64,000 nucleotides of DNA from the human T2T-CHM13v2.0 reference genome, Homo sapiens. Made by a program: the position numbers and the translations under genes. Under the pieces are notes generated by a model, which searched no databases, was not told the origin of the DNA, and worked only from the letters and a program-made list of their open reading frames with translations. The stretch's first letter is position 1. Each line of letters starts with the position of its first letter. Shown here piece by piece: positions 11,501 to 28,788 of the stretch. Location: NCBI RefSeq assembly GCF_009914755.1, contig NC_060928.1. One strand, given 5' to 3'.

Positions 11501-13989
11501 TTATATTCAGAGCAGAGTTGACAATATTGCAGTTATTGCCAACTTTATTTTATTTTGATTTAAAATATGTTAAACTCATATAAAGTATTAACACTCATAA
11601 TATATATTTTTCTAAAATTATTTGTGTGAGTCAAATTTGTTAGTGATTTCTTCAAAATTTTATTTGTAACTATGGGATCAAAACCAAAAAGGTTAATTTT
11701 CATGTAATTAAAGGTCAGTGATTTTTTTATTGCTTGCTTACAATTTGTTTACTTCTTTAAGAAATCTAATAACATTTTCAACAAAACGGTGTTTCTTATT
11801 ACTTGTGAACCTTATGCTTTTTAAAATTTTGCTTTTAAAACAGTTCACAGTGATTAATTTGAACAAAGAAAGCAAAAATTTAATGGTTATTGTACACATA
11901 TTAAATTAAATTTCAAGAAATGAAAACTTTGTGATAATACAAATTATAAAACAGATAGAAATCTCAGTATTTGTTTTCAGAAATTTTGAGGGAAAACTAA
12001 CCTTGAAATAGTAAAGTATAAGAAATAATGTTAACAATAGTCTTAAATGTTCAGGTCCCTGTTACTGATTTTGGCAAGGTTTATGTCCAAATTGTTATGC
12101 TAGTAATATTTACATAGAATGATTTATAAATTTATTTTTTAAGAAAGTCTTATTTCAGCCACCATTGTTTTATACAATGTTGGTAGTTCCAGTTTAGTCT
12201 ATTTTAAAAAGTAAACCTTATAGCACTTAAAAATTTTGTTGTTGATATATTTAAATAAAAGAGTGCATGTACCAACAGTACAAATGAAACAAATTATCAT
12301 AATGATACTGCTTTTGAGATAACCAAAACAGAGAGAAATTTGAAGTTACAAGTACCTTTGAAACAGAATTCACACTCGAATCTGCTTTAGCATGAATTGC
12401 ACATGAATAAAATTATCTGCTTAATGTTCTCTTTAACTTTTAACTATCAGATAATGTGATTTGGGAAAAATCTCGATTAAAAATATTATTGTATGGTAAG
12501 ATTCTTTGCATTTTCCCGTTTCTGGAGCTTGGTCATTTTATTTTAGTGAGTTATTATTTGGAATCAGTGTGTGATTAGAATAAAATTGAAAAGGATTTGC
12601 AACACTTCCTATTTGCATGGATCAGCTTTTCATAACCCCAAAGAAATTATAGAAAATTAATTTTTAAATTGTTTGAGAAGACCAACAACCATAACAATAA
12701 GGGACAGTGGTTTCGCTCATTATGTAATATCATTTATAGAATTACAACTGATGTATCAATTCAAAAATTATTTCTGATGTTCTAAATAAGTATATATTGG
12801 CAGATTTTTTTTGTAAAATGTTTTCCATTTTGTAAGGCAGAAGAGTTTAAAATGTGAATAATATGCAAAACGTTTTAGTAAATAATGTTTTTATATACAA
12901 TTAAGAAAAAAATACGCCTCTAGGCAAAAGAATAAGCAAGTCACCTCAGAAATCTCTTCAAATTTCAAAAACCGGTCAAGAAATAATGGATCAGAAGACC
13001 CCTCTTACGTAATATGAGACCAAATCTATAGATTTGTGAGAAAAAGAATCTCTATCAAAAAGGATAGAATATATTCCCAAGGCAGCAGCTCCAATCATAC
13101 TGACAGTCTTAACAATGTCTATGAGATAAATGTTTCTAATTGTGTGTGGAAAACATGCAAACTTAACCAGAATCTGAAGGGCAGTGTTTGGTAATACTCA
13201 CATGGGTACCCTCCGGGAAAGAAAGTAGTTGCTAGCTTTCTGAATACTTGATGCTGCAGACCTGCATGGTCTGATGGCATTAGGAGTATATCATATAAGT
13301 AGAATAATGTATTCTAATTCATGCTCACCAAGCCACCTTCAGACAATCTGTTTACTCTTGCCCATTTTCTTTAGTGAAGTAAGGTGTTCAGGGTGCTTCT
13401 GCAGGCAGCAGGCAAGAGCTCCAGGCTCCTATTTGATTTTGATTACAAATTAATAAATTGGCATAATAGGTTATACATTTCATTTCCTTGTGAATGTTAG
13501 TGGGAGTCATCATCCTCAAATCTAATTAGATCTGCAACACTGACACATACTGTAAACCAAACCTGTAAGACCAAGGTCACCAAAATAGTGCCAAACCTGA
13601 GACCTGTTCATCAGCGACCTCTGAGAGAAGTCTTCATGTCACTAATAAGAACGTTTATTTTGAAGACGACAAAGACAAAACATGGAGTACAGGAATACTT
13701 ACTCTTTTGGTTTAATACTCTTTTTATTAAAATAGCATGAAAATTAAAAAGAAAATTAGTTGAGGGAACAAAAAAGGAATAAAAATTTGGGATAAGTAAC
13801 ATGGTGAGAAGAAAGATGTTTCAAAAATATTTGTATTGTAATATTTATTAGGGCTTTTAATTATTTGCCCCCACAGAACCAATATTCAATATTAAAACTA
13901 TAGTCTTTATAATAGTTATTAAATGAAATTTTAAAGATCAATTTAGAAGAGAAGTCACATTTTAACATTCATTATACATTCACTCTGTG

Positions 13990-14580
13990 TATCGTTTTAC
14001 AGTTTGCTTTTCTGCTCTTCATGATTTTAAAATTTTTTCTTTGTTCGTACACTTAGAACTAGTTCATTCATTATAACCATTGTTCAGTATTCCATCATAT
14101 GATTATGATGAAATCACAATTTCAGCATTTCTTTTCTGACTTCTGAAATAGTTCTTAAGTGTAATAATGCATTAAAATACAAACTACAAATGCAAAATAC
14201 AATACAAAACACAATTCTATAAGATAAATGTGAGTGATATTGTGGTATATTATATACATATTTTATGTATGTCAATTATGCTATATTTATCATAACATTT
14301 TGCATAACATTTTTTAAAAATTAAAATTCTGAAGCCATTAAATCTTTCACTACAACATCATTTTCATAGTCACGTGTTATTTCATTCTATGGATCTAGCA
14401 GAAGTTAACAGTTTGTTATGGTTGGATATTTCAGTTGTTTAAGTTGTTCATATTAGAAAGAAAGCTAAATGAACAATTTTACTATTGTTTGTATCTTTGT
14501 TGACATCCCAAAATATTTATTTAGGAAAAATTTTAAAAAGTTAAATTACGTTAGTGTATGCTTGGATATTTTTTATTTTT
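13990..14580 (-). mobile_element. Old L1M 3'-end fragments (approximate)
   Basis: L1ME-like motifs (TTCATT...TATTCCATCATATG; GTTGGATATTTCAGTTGTTT); highly diverged. Confidence 0.4.
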
Positions 14581-15372
14581 AATATAATGGAGATAACAGC
14601 TTTCGTAAGCATTTTCTTGAATAATTGGACCCTCTATACAGTTGTGGTTCACTCTTGGGGAATCATTGCTTGAAAAAATTATTTCTGATATTCTAGTATT
14701 ATAGATATAACACTGAATGCTGCCTAATCTGAGATTTGGCTTTCATTCAAAGCTGTGTGATCTCGGGTGGGTTATTGCATATCTCTTAGCTCCAATTTCC
14801 TGACTTACAACCGAAGGAATTTGTAATAATACTTAGAGAATATTACCAACACTGATGTTTTATCATTATAACTCTATTTCTGATTTTAGAAGAAAATAAA
14901 GTAGTGTATAGGAATAAAAACATGTTTGTAGATTTTCATGATTTATCAGCATTAACTCACTCGCTGCCAATTAATTGCAAAGTTGCAAGATTTTCTTAGA
15001 TCAATTTTCTTGCAGATAGATGTAATAAAACACCAGTTATTTGGACTGATGTTCAAATTCTAACAAAGTTTTAGTTTTCTTCAGTTAAAGAATTTCATTC
15101 TCTCTGCATAATATTTTAAAATATAGGCAAATAGATAGTGTCACATATATCTGCAGTTATTTCTCTATTATTTTATTTCCACTGCAGAAATAATAGATAT
15201 ATGCATGTGTATGTACATCTGTGTATATTAATTCTTGCACAAACTTACACAAATTCAATTAATGTATACTATAGGCCAATATTTCAATACATACCTTAGG
15301 TATGTTTAAATATATTCAAATGTGTGTCCCTGTTTTCTCACTTAGTTTTAAAAATATTTCCAATCACTTTAG

Positions 15373-15724
<352 letters not shown>

Positions 15725-17694
15725 AGTTTGGTTGTTTCTCTAAATAAAGTTTACAGGTACTTAACACGTCCCTATTGAATTAACTTATGAATTAGATTTG
15801 TCCTTGTTTGTGTTTTAAATCCAGTTATTTTGCCCCTACCTGAATCTGGTTATCCCGGGGTAGATTATCAAAGATAACCTTTCCTCTTTCAGTGCCACTC
15901 TCTCTCCAGGTCTGTAAAAAATGCTCTTTCTAGAAGTTTTTGCTTTTAAAATAATTTTTTTAATTGTAGGCTTAAATTAGTAGAATAAAAACCTTCAATT
16001 TAGACTAGAAAATTAGCTGCAAACCTTCAGCAGCAAATTTCCTATCAATCAAGGTGTGATAATTCTGATCGTCTGTATTCTCTTGTCAGCAAACAGTGAA
16101 AAGCCTTTAATGTATATGATAGAAGTCTCAGGTAGGAATGGATCGGTATGCTATAGAGAGGCTTAGGCACATATGTCATTTGATGTTAAACTTTAGTCCT
16201 TTTTTCTGTTCTTCTTTCCCTCTTTTTCTTTTTTTTCCAGTATTTTTCCCCCCTGAAAACATGACCTTTCTCAACTGGAGAAACCTAGAGACTGGGGGCT
16301 AGCATAAATTTTAATTAGGCTAAAGTGATTTTAAGTGGTTCCCTTTGCATCTACTACCTGTTATTGATGACCACATCTCAAGAAAAATAAACAAAAAAAG
16401 ATAACAGGTTAGTTTGTAAATTAAATGGTCAAGGCCTGTCAGGCCTTCTGATCATTTTCCTCTCTACGGGTGAAGATACTGTTTTCTTCCCAGCAAAGCT
16501 GAAGAAGCTTGCTCTTTCAAATTACAATTATATTTTTTAACCCCCCTGCTTCATTTTCTGGGACTGAATATGTTTTGATCCCTTATCCCAATCCCCACGA
16601 GGAAATGATGTGGTACTATTTATTACAGTTATTTGCAGATGAGTTTTGGGCAATATGTTCTTTTCTTTATTTAAGTCTTGAAGTCTTTTAATAAGGAGAT
16701 GTCTTGTGTCTGGGTCAGGAGCTCCCTTGGCTCTGAAGCCAACACCTGGCTGGCCCATACCATCTGTACTCTACCAGAAGAAAGGTCAAGTCCTCCCTTT
16801 CTCTACCTTTGATCACCCTTACCATTAATTACTGAGGTTGCTCCTCTTATTTCCCCTGGTTGAGATTTCACTTCCATCCTGGCCTTTCACTTACAGCATT
16901 CTGTCCTTAAGGTGATCAATCCACATTTTTATTTTTAGTGACCACCTAGGTGAATATGATCTGTGTAAATAACTCTATTTACCAGCACTAGACCTTAGGA
17001 GGAAAACAGCTACCTTTTATAGAATTAGGGAATTTGGGGCAATTTAAAACACAATGTTTGACTTTGTGAGAGTCTTTCTAAATAGTTTCTGTATGCAAGA
17101 ACCATGAAAAGATTCAGGATATGGAAAATTGGTAAACTTTGGTTTTGCAGATGCCAGAGAAATATAAGGTAAGATCATCTAAAATAATTTGGTTTGGCCA
17201 TATAAAATAATAAAATGTAAATTTTTATATTCTTTGTCTTTTTTCTTATCACCATGCATGGTAATAATTAATTTGCATATCAGTACCTATATGTCGTATT
17301 AAATGGAACCCTCCTTTGTCAGTTAGATGAAGCTATTTTTCTCCTGTAGCATTGATCAACAGTACACTTTCACACATCTTATGTCATTCAGTCTCCTTAG
17401 GCTTCTAGTGCCTCAGCGCCTGTTCAGAACTTTAAAAAAGGAAGTAGTGTGGGTCTAGACCCAGCCAGTCAGCCGAATTTTAACAGGCAAAATCATTTTC
17501 CCATAACCTAACATTTACGTATTTTTGACATTTTTCTTCAGGTGTTCACCCAGATTGCATTTAGTTGTTTGCGTTAATTGGGAATTTAATCACAAGAAAT
17601 TCTTGATTATATCTTTGGGAGATGTGGAAGAAACAGTAACTGCTTTGAAGAGATCAAAGCACCGAAAAGAAGTTGTAGTGACAGGGATGGTGGC

Positions 17695-18175
17695 TTTGTG
17701 AGTTCCCTCGAGCTGCCGAAACAAATTACACTAACTGGGTGGCTTACAAAAACAGAAATGTATCATCTCACGGTTCTGGAAGCCAGAAGTCCAAAATCAA
17801 GATGCCGGCAGTTTGGTTCTTCCCGGAGGCTCTGAGAGACATTCTGTTCCGTCCCTCCCTCCTAGCTTCTGGTAGTGGTCCTGAATCCTTCCTGCTCCTG
17901 GGCTGTACTCACATCACTCCAATGTCTGCCTCCATCTCCATTTGATCTTCACTTCTGTATTTTCTGATCATTGACTGTGTGCTTCAAACCTCCCTCTCCT
18001 TATACTTGTCAGGACATAGGTCATTGGATTTACAGCTTACCTTGAATCCAAGATGATCTCATCCCAGGATCCTTAATTATATGCAAAAATTATTTTTTAA
18101 CAGTAAATTCACATTCATAAGTACTGGGGGGTAGGGTTTAGGCATATCTTTTTGGGAGATGTTATTCATTCTACA
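17695..18175 (-). mobile_element. MLT1 (MaLR) solo LTR
   Basis: Typical MLT1 motifs: GGCTTACAAAAACAGAAATGTAT..CTCACGGTTCTGGAAGCCAGAAGTCCAAAATCAAG; TTCACATTCA..AGTACTGGGGG. Confidence 0.85.
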
Positions 18176-18765
18176 AATGTGGAAAAGGACAATGTTGGTA
18201 GAACTTAAAGGGTTAAGTTTGGACATGACATTTAGACTGTGTCACCTGCAGAAGTTGTCTCATTAGGTAGTATAAAATATAAATATACTATTTGGCACAG
18301 TAGCTAAATTTTTGCTAGAGGTAAGAGGTAATGGAGAAACCTGAGTTGCAATGTGAACTTAATTCAAAAATGTACACACTAGTAAGAACTCAGCACAGTT
18401 CAGAGAATCTAGTGTAAGACAAGGAATATAGAAAGGACAAGGATAAATATTCCAGGGACAAGTTGTGCCAGTGCTACCTCTGGTGAGATTTTTGAGGCTG
18501 TGTTCAGCTCAGGGAGGGGCCTTCCATGAGCTATTCCTAATGTTAAGGATTTCTTTCTGTCAGTCAGTTCTACATATTAAGTGGAAAAAGCAGAGGCTCA
18601 GAAACCAAACTGAACTGACATAAAGTCGTTGGTTCACCAGTTACTAATATTCTAAACTTGAATATGCTGTTTATTTTTTCTTCTGAACTTCAGTTGTCCC
18701 ATCTGAAATGATGAATAAAAAGAAATTATTTTTCATTATTCTTGGGAAGAAAAATAACTGCCCTC

Positions 18766-18925
18766 AGTGCCGTCCAAAAGAACTTTCTGTGATTCTGGGA
18801 TTGTCCTCTACCTATGCTACTCAAAACAGTAGCCACTAGCCACATAGTTTCCCCTTGGAATGTATTTAATTTTAATTAACTTAAATTTAAATAACCTCTT
18901 ATTGGCTCTTATATAGAACAGGGCA
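18766..18925 (+). mobile_element. MER3 (hAT-Charlie), internally deleted
   Basis: CAGTGCCGTCCAAAAGAACTTTCTG...GTAGCCACTAGCCACAT...TTTAATTAACTTAAATTTAAATA. Confidence 0.75.
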
Positions 18926-19559
18926 ACTCTGGCACAGTTTCTGGCATATGAAAATGGTGCTCTCTTTATTTTCATTCTTGTCTCATTCTTTCTCAATAGA
19001 TGCAGTTATTTAAATTGGGTGGGTGGGTGGGTGGGGACCAGAAACTGGTATGTATATCTTGAGTTCAGTGAATTTTAAATATTCTTTAGTTAGCACAAAG
19101 CTTTTATTCTTTGCAGAACAATGTTGGAAACTAACATTAGTCATGTAACCTTTGAAATCACAGCACTGTAAAAAAGAAAATTGAATATAAATTATTTCTT
19201 AGACTCCCATTTTTACAGTTTAAATACTAAAGTATGAGAAACTCAATTTGATATACTCTGACTAGATTATCACTCCATGATGCAGATTTCAAGGACACTG
19301 TTATGATAAAAAGTGCACATTAATTCAAGACACATCTCACACTTCCCAATATGTGATTTATGGTTTAAAATATTCGTTGCTCTTTTGCTGAATTTTTAAT
19401 GGCTTTATTTTAACTATTTTCATAGCTGTAGATTTCATTTGGATGCAAACACAAAATTTTATATATTTCTTGGAAAGTAAGTGGAAATGGGGGAGAAGAG
19501 TTTTTGATGATACTCTGAAATTCTCCCTATGAAACCTCAACAAAAAATATCAGTATCTA

Positions 19560-22830
<3,271 letters not shown>

Positions 22831-23449
22831 GGGCGATTTAATGATTTACCTGCTTCACTCTGAGGATTCTTCAAGAGTATGTGCTATTGGATTTTAATTA
22901 AATGACCGATACTTGCCTAATCTTTTAACCAATTCTGCCTATTGATTAACGTGTTCAGAATCACTTCACTGTGATGTAAATAGCTCTCAGGCAGTAGAAA
23001 TTTTGAGTAAGACTAGAGGAAAGGAGTATTTCTTTTCGAAATTAGTATACCTGGCAGAAGAAAACTTTGGGCAACCCGTTGACCCTGCACCAAGGAAGAG
23101 TACACGGGCTGCAAGAGGTGCTCAGAAAGGAGGTAAAGGACAAGAGCAGAAAATGGTTAGTTTTCTCTGACATGTAGAAGGAGTGCTTATGTATCACAGG
23201 AAATCTCATGGACAGTTGGTCTCATATTAAACACTGCTAATGCCAAATTTGCCAGATCAGTGCTACTTTGGAAAGTATTTAATTTTGACTTCTTGGTTCA
23301 TCCAGTTCCTTCCTTCCTGTCGGAACTTAACTCCCCACCCCCAGTTTAGGTAAAGCACAGTCTTCTGTGTTGCATTTCCTCCTTTTCACATGCAAGTTCT
23401 GCCCCTCCTTGCCTGTGAAAAGGAGGAAAAAGAGATATTTATTAATTAA

Positions 23450-24080
23450 TCCAGTATTTCTTGATTATTCTTCAAGTGTCAGGCACAATGTGAGACCCTG
23501 GAAGCTGAGTTTCTGTAAGTCTGGTTAGAGAGGCAGATGTGTAAGTAGGTAGTTGCAACACAGCTGCAAGTGCCATGATGGACATCTACACAGCTGGCAT
23601 TCATATAAACATCCAGAACGAGCACAGGGGAGAGGAGATTCCTGGCCACATAGGGCTAGGGAGGGGAAAGTAGGATGTGAAGTGACCGTCATGTGAAGGA
23701 GGTTTCTTTCCAGGGTGACAGAAATCTAAACCTGTGAATCACTTTCAGTAGTTGCAGCTTATTGTATGTAAATTATATGTAAGTAAAGATGTTTGTTAAC
23801 AAAGAATTCATATGAACACGCATGTTAGCCGGGGTGGGGGGGTTGGGGGGAGGAGCGGGGGACAAGGGTATGAGATCAAGGTCTGGCCATTGTTAGGAAA
23901 GGAGGTGGTAGAGGGTGTACTTTGGGCTTTAGGTTAATCAGAATTTAGGCTTGTGAAGGAGGCTGGCAAGTGTGGCCCAAGCATGTGCAGCAGAAAATGG
24001 GAAGCACGGGCTGGGGAAAGCTGGAGAGATGCAAAGAGACTGCATCCTGCAGGGCCTCAGGCCTAGGGTGAGAAGTTTTA
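23450..24080. mobile_element. L2 fragments (approximate)
   Basis: L2-like motifs (GTGTCAGGCACAATG, GAAAGCTGGAGAG...GCAGGGCCTC). Confidence 0.45.
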
Positions 24081-24184
24081 AGTGTTATCTAATTTGTGTT
24101 CATGAGGTTCCCATCCACTGCTGGATTAATTAGGTCTGTTGTCTCTTTGTCTATAAACGGGCATTTCGAAGTAAGCGATTTACT

Positions 24185-24322
24185 CAATCAGCTTGTTCAA
24201 AATGCAGACATCTAAGATCCATGCCTAGAGATTCTGATCTAGGGGGTTGTACTTGGGGACAAGAAATCAGCCTTCATGATTCTGATGAAGGTGGTCTATG
24301 AACCAAGTTTGGGGAAATATTA
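24185..24322. mobile_element. MER5A-type DNA transposon fragment
   Basis: GCTTGTTCAAAATGCAGA...AGAGATTCTGAT...GATTCTGATG motifs. Confidence 0.65.
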
Positions 24323-24503
24323 TTTTGAGAAGTTTCTAAAATATACATATTCATTCATATTCCAAATGCCAAATTCCTTGCATTATGTAGGATCACTGTC
24401 ATAAGCATTTAGGTGCTCAGGACCTTAGTTTGTGAGCAAGTTCTTTGTTTTTTGCATTCAAGTTCAATTGTAATTACCCACTTTAAAAAATAAAAGTATT
24501 CCT

Positions 24504-24810
24504 GGCCAGGTGCGGTGGCTCATGCCTGTAATCCCAACACTTTGGGAGGCTGAGGCGGGAGGATCACGAGGTCAGGAGTTCGAGACCAGCCTGACCAACA
24601 TGGTGAAACCCCGTCTCTGCTAAAAATACAAAATTAGCTGGGTGTGGTGGTGGGCGCCTGTAATCCCAGCTACGCATCAGGAGGCTGTGGTAGGAGAATT
24701 GCTTGAACCTGGGAGACGGAGGTTGCAGTAAGCCGAGATTGTGCCACTACACTCCAGCCTGGGCAACAGAGTGAGACACTGTCTCAAAATAAAAAATAAA
24801 AAAAAAAAAA
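24504..24810 (+). mobile_element. AluSg-like
   Basis: Full Alu with A tail; TSD AAAAGTATTCCT at 24492-24503 and 24807-24818. Confidence 0.95.
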
Positions 24811-25899
24811 GTATTCCTGCAGCATATTGCCCATAGATGTTATGTTCTTTTTAGTAATATATGTTGTAAAAAAGAAAGGTGAGATGTCATTTGTAAATGT
24901 GGAATGGACCAATGAAAATGTTACAAACAAAATGAAACATTTTTACAGTTTGAAACTTTCATCAAATTATTTACAGATATAATTTTAAGGGACTGCACTA
25001 TAGCATGATCTAAATTTAAGGCTGGAAAGAATTTAGTATAGTATTCAAATTCTATGCCTTACTTCCGGTGAGGACCTATGGATACCCTTCTTTTCAAGAA
25101 ACAAACAAAGACATTAAGCATAATGCGATGAACATGCTTCGAAGCAACCTGCTGCATTTCATTTAAGCCATGATCACATGCATTGTATTTCTTTTAAGAG
25201 GAAGATAAATATTAAGATTGTAATTGTAAAGGTTTTTCTTCCCCTGAGAGTGTTTGCTATGAACTTCTATTGTTTTCTGGAGTGATTCTGCAAAAAAAAT
25301 ATACCACTACCTATAGTGAATTAAGTTATGATGTTTGGTTTTAGAGATACATGTATATTCTCCTTAAGACTTTTTGCCCCCGAATTAGTTATTCATTTTT
25401 CTTCAAGACTCTGCTTTGGGAAAATAATCTCATTATGGCCTCAGCCAATGAATGTAACTCATTTTCATTAAATGTTATTTTGCCATTATGGTCATAATTC
25501 TCAATTAATTTTAATTTCCCTCCTTGACTGTGCTTTTCAAGAGGTATATATGATCAAGAAGATGCCTAATTACTGAAAAAAATTGTTAGATGTGGAAACT
25601 CCAGACAAAACCGACTTTAATAGTCCCAGAGAGTGGGAGACAGCCGCATTTAGCCTTAAGAGCAGGTAAAGTGATGTGGATGATTTGAAGAAACTTACCT
25701 TGTGCCAAAAAATTTTGTACACATTTTGTACACATTTCAGTATTTGTTGCTTAAGATTTCACTGTTAGAAACTGAGATTCGTTCTCTAAGCCCTGGTTAG
25801 AAGTAAATATCCTTGAATAAGGTGGAGTTCATTCAGTTAGAAAATGTTTATTTTGTATCCTTAGTATGTATCAACCACAGAAACTCTCACGTATTTATT

Positions 25900-26060
25900 T
25901 TGTCATCTTCTAACTGTAGTCTGTATTATTATTATAATTTCAGATGGCAAAAATTAAGGCACAGAATATATAGTTATGATCAAAGGGTATAGTTAGTAAG
26001 TAACCAAGACACAAGTTAAATTACGATCTGTTTACATTTTAAACCCAAGCTCTTTCTATA
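25900..26060. mobile_element. MIR
   Basis: Core ATTTCAGATGGCAAAAATTAAGGCACAGA plus downstream MIR motifs. Confidence 0.55.
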
Positions 26061-28788
26061 CCATAATAGATGAGTCTTAGGAGCAAGAGGGTTAATTAAT
26101 TCAAAGAAGTAGATAAGCTGATTCTGGTTAAAAAGGTGGAAATTAGAGCACCAAGGACATTGGTTTAAATAATCCCTGCAGCTGGTGAGAGGTAAATCAA
26201 AAGACAGTGCTTAATCAAATTCTCTTGACTCTATTGGTAAAATTTCAGAGACCATTTAGTCCATCATGCCTTCTTTGCTATATGAGAATCTAAATTGTAT
26301 ACCTCAGAAGGTTCGAGGTGTTGTTCCTGGTTTCCCTTGTTAGAGAGATTGAGTAGGGTGGAGAGAAATCCAAAATCCTTTGGCAACAAGAAATAGGGAA
26401 TAAGAGTTCAATTCACAGATTGTGAATTCTGTGACAAAGAAAGCACTTTTTGGGGTGCTCGGGGTGGAAATGTAACAGAGAAACTGCTAATTTTGTTTGC
26501 TCTTAAAATGATAGTATAATTTTATTTAAGCTAAGTTTTTCTGTGAGAAATTGTGAACTCATCAGTTTTATCTTATTTTTAGAAAAACTGTACTTTCCAT
26601 TATTTCTATGATAACTTTAAAGTATATTACAACATTATCACTAACACGTTTATGGTGTGAAAAAGTAGGTTGTTGTTTCCGTAGATAATATGTTTACTTT
26701 ATAATGCATTTAGGCATTTTGGGAGGAAACCCTTTTTAACCTGAAATTTTTGATACTTCTGAGTAGTTTATATAAAAACATTTGATTGTCCTTTTATAAT
26801 TCTATTGGACAGAATTGCACATAAATACATATGTTTACACTATCTTTTTCACCTTTAATTAATTTTTAATGGTAAGCATTTCAAATTTTAGGGGGGAGAA
26901 ATGAGCAGTTTTATTTGTTCACTTATGCTCCATGTACTATAGTAGTCTCCTAGTGTCCTTTTTTTCTCACCATTAAAGAACCAAAATATAACCTCTCTGT
27001 AACTCTGGAGGCCTCTTATCCAAAGTCATTTTCTACAGAATGGAAAGCTTCTCATAGTCAATAATCACTTCATCTATCTTATCTAGTAGTTCAATTATCA
27101 CATTAAAGTGCTTTATTGTGGGGCATTCTCTTTGATACTTTCCTCTCTCTGGTTAAAATCCAACCAGGCAGTGAATCGCTTACTTATTACTCTTCTAAAA
27201 CCAGATAAGCCTCAAGGCATATAAGGCAGGTGACCTTAAAGCTGGGCAGTTTTATTGATTCACTTAAAGAATAGGCATAAATATATGTTATTGGGTTTGT
27301 ATTTTTAAACAAATGTATTATATTAATTCGAATTCTATAATTTTCCTTTTAAAAATATGTTACTTGGAAAAATATGTAATTGACAGCTCAGTATTGACTC
27401 TGTTTCATTCCTTAATTGTTTCCATGGGAGGACTCTAAGTCTTTCAAGAACTGGAACACATTTATTTATTTTTTAATTGTCTATGGGGTTGCTGGGAGTA
27501 GAAGATATGACATATGGCAATGTTTTCAAATACTAAATTAATGCTCTTAGATAGAGATTCCTTTGGACGATTTTATTCCCTTTATACTTCTACCCTTTCC
27601 TCTTTTGCACATATAAGCAGACTATGTTAGGGAGACAATCTAACTATAGTTTATTTCTAGTAAGAATTATTTATCAACAGTAATAAAATTTTTATTGCTT
27701 TAAATCTCTTCCTTTTGGAAAGTGAAACACCCTGATGGCATGAAATGCAGCTGAAAGACCATGTAATAAAGAGCTTGCAGTGTTATTTTAAGCTATTTGG
27801 CCTATATTAAAAAGTTAATTTAAAAAATACAGCATGCAATTATGGGATGAAACTAAGGATCCAGCTAACATAGAAGCCTACATCAGTGTAAAAAGGCATG
27901 TGGAAGTCCATAGTGTAACCAAATAGCCTTTGAAGTAACAGAACTTACGGAATACATTTTTAGATGTACTGCTTTAGAAAATGTAAAAAGGTACTTTATA
28001 CATATACAATCACATTAATACTTCACTCTGTAAATATTTTTCCTGGTATCTCCTAATATTTTTGTGTGTTTCAAAAGCATTTTATCACAGCAATTGCTTT
28101 CTTCCAGTGATGATCCAGTCTAATAAAATCTCAAACCATTCATTGGTGAGAGTTTGATTCACCTCTCCTCAAATGTCTCCTAACATTTACCACATCTCTT
28201 TTAAATGTATTAAACAGTAGTTCAAAGAAGATAGAGGAAAGTCACGTCTTAGGAGGAATCATTCACAGCTATATAGCATTTAATTAACATGATACAGTTT
28301 GTCTTTCTAAAAGTTCTGTAAATAGATATTTTACATATTTTAACCAAATTAGATATATTTTAAAGATAAGACATTTGAAAATGGACTGTTTTAACTCAAA
28401 GTCATAGTATAATACATTTTTCTCCTCATTCCTTACCCAAAGTTATATTTTATATGCGACTTAAGATTTTGGTTATGCTCAAAAGACTTCCGGGATTTAG
28501 AAAGAATGAGTAGGAGTTTATTAATTTATAATTGAAATAACGACAGAACGATTATGGTAATGAGGATTAAGGTAATATATAATTTTGGATTTTATACAGT
28601 TTCAGCATTGTTTCTCATTACGTCTTATTTGTATTTTTAAGACAATGCAAAAATGTCTAATTTGGATTTAATCTCTATAGGCTTAGCCCACTCTCTGATA
28701 CAGCTTTTAATCATGAGTGAAGTAGCTCAAAGTCAAACATTTTGGAAGAAATATTAGAAGGTCTGTGATTTCAGAAGTAAAAATTAGG

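Noticed and set aside
11278-11909. Hydrophobic F/L/I-rich ORFs
   Set aside because: Expected from very T-rich intronic DNA; no splice or homology support
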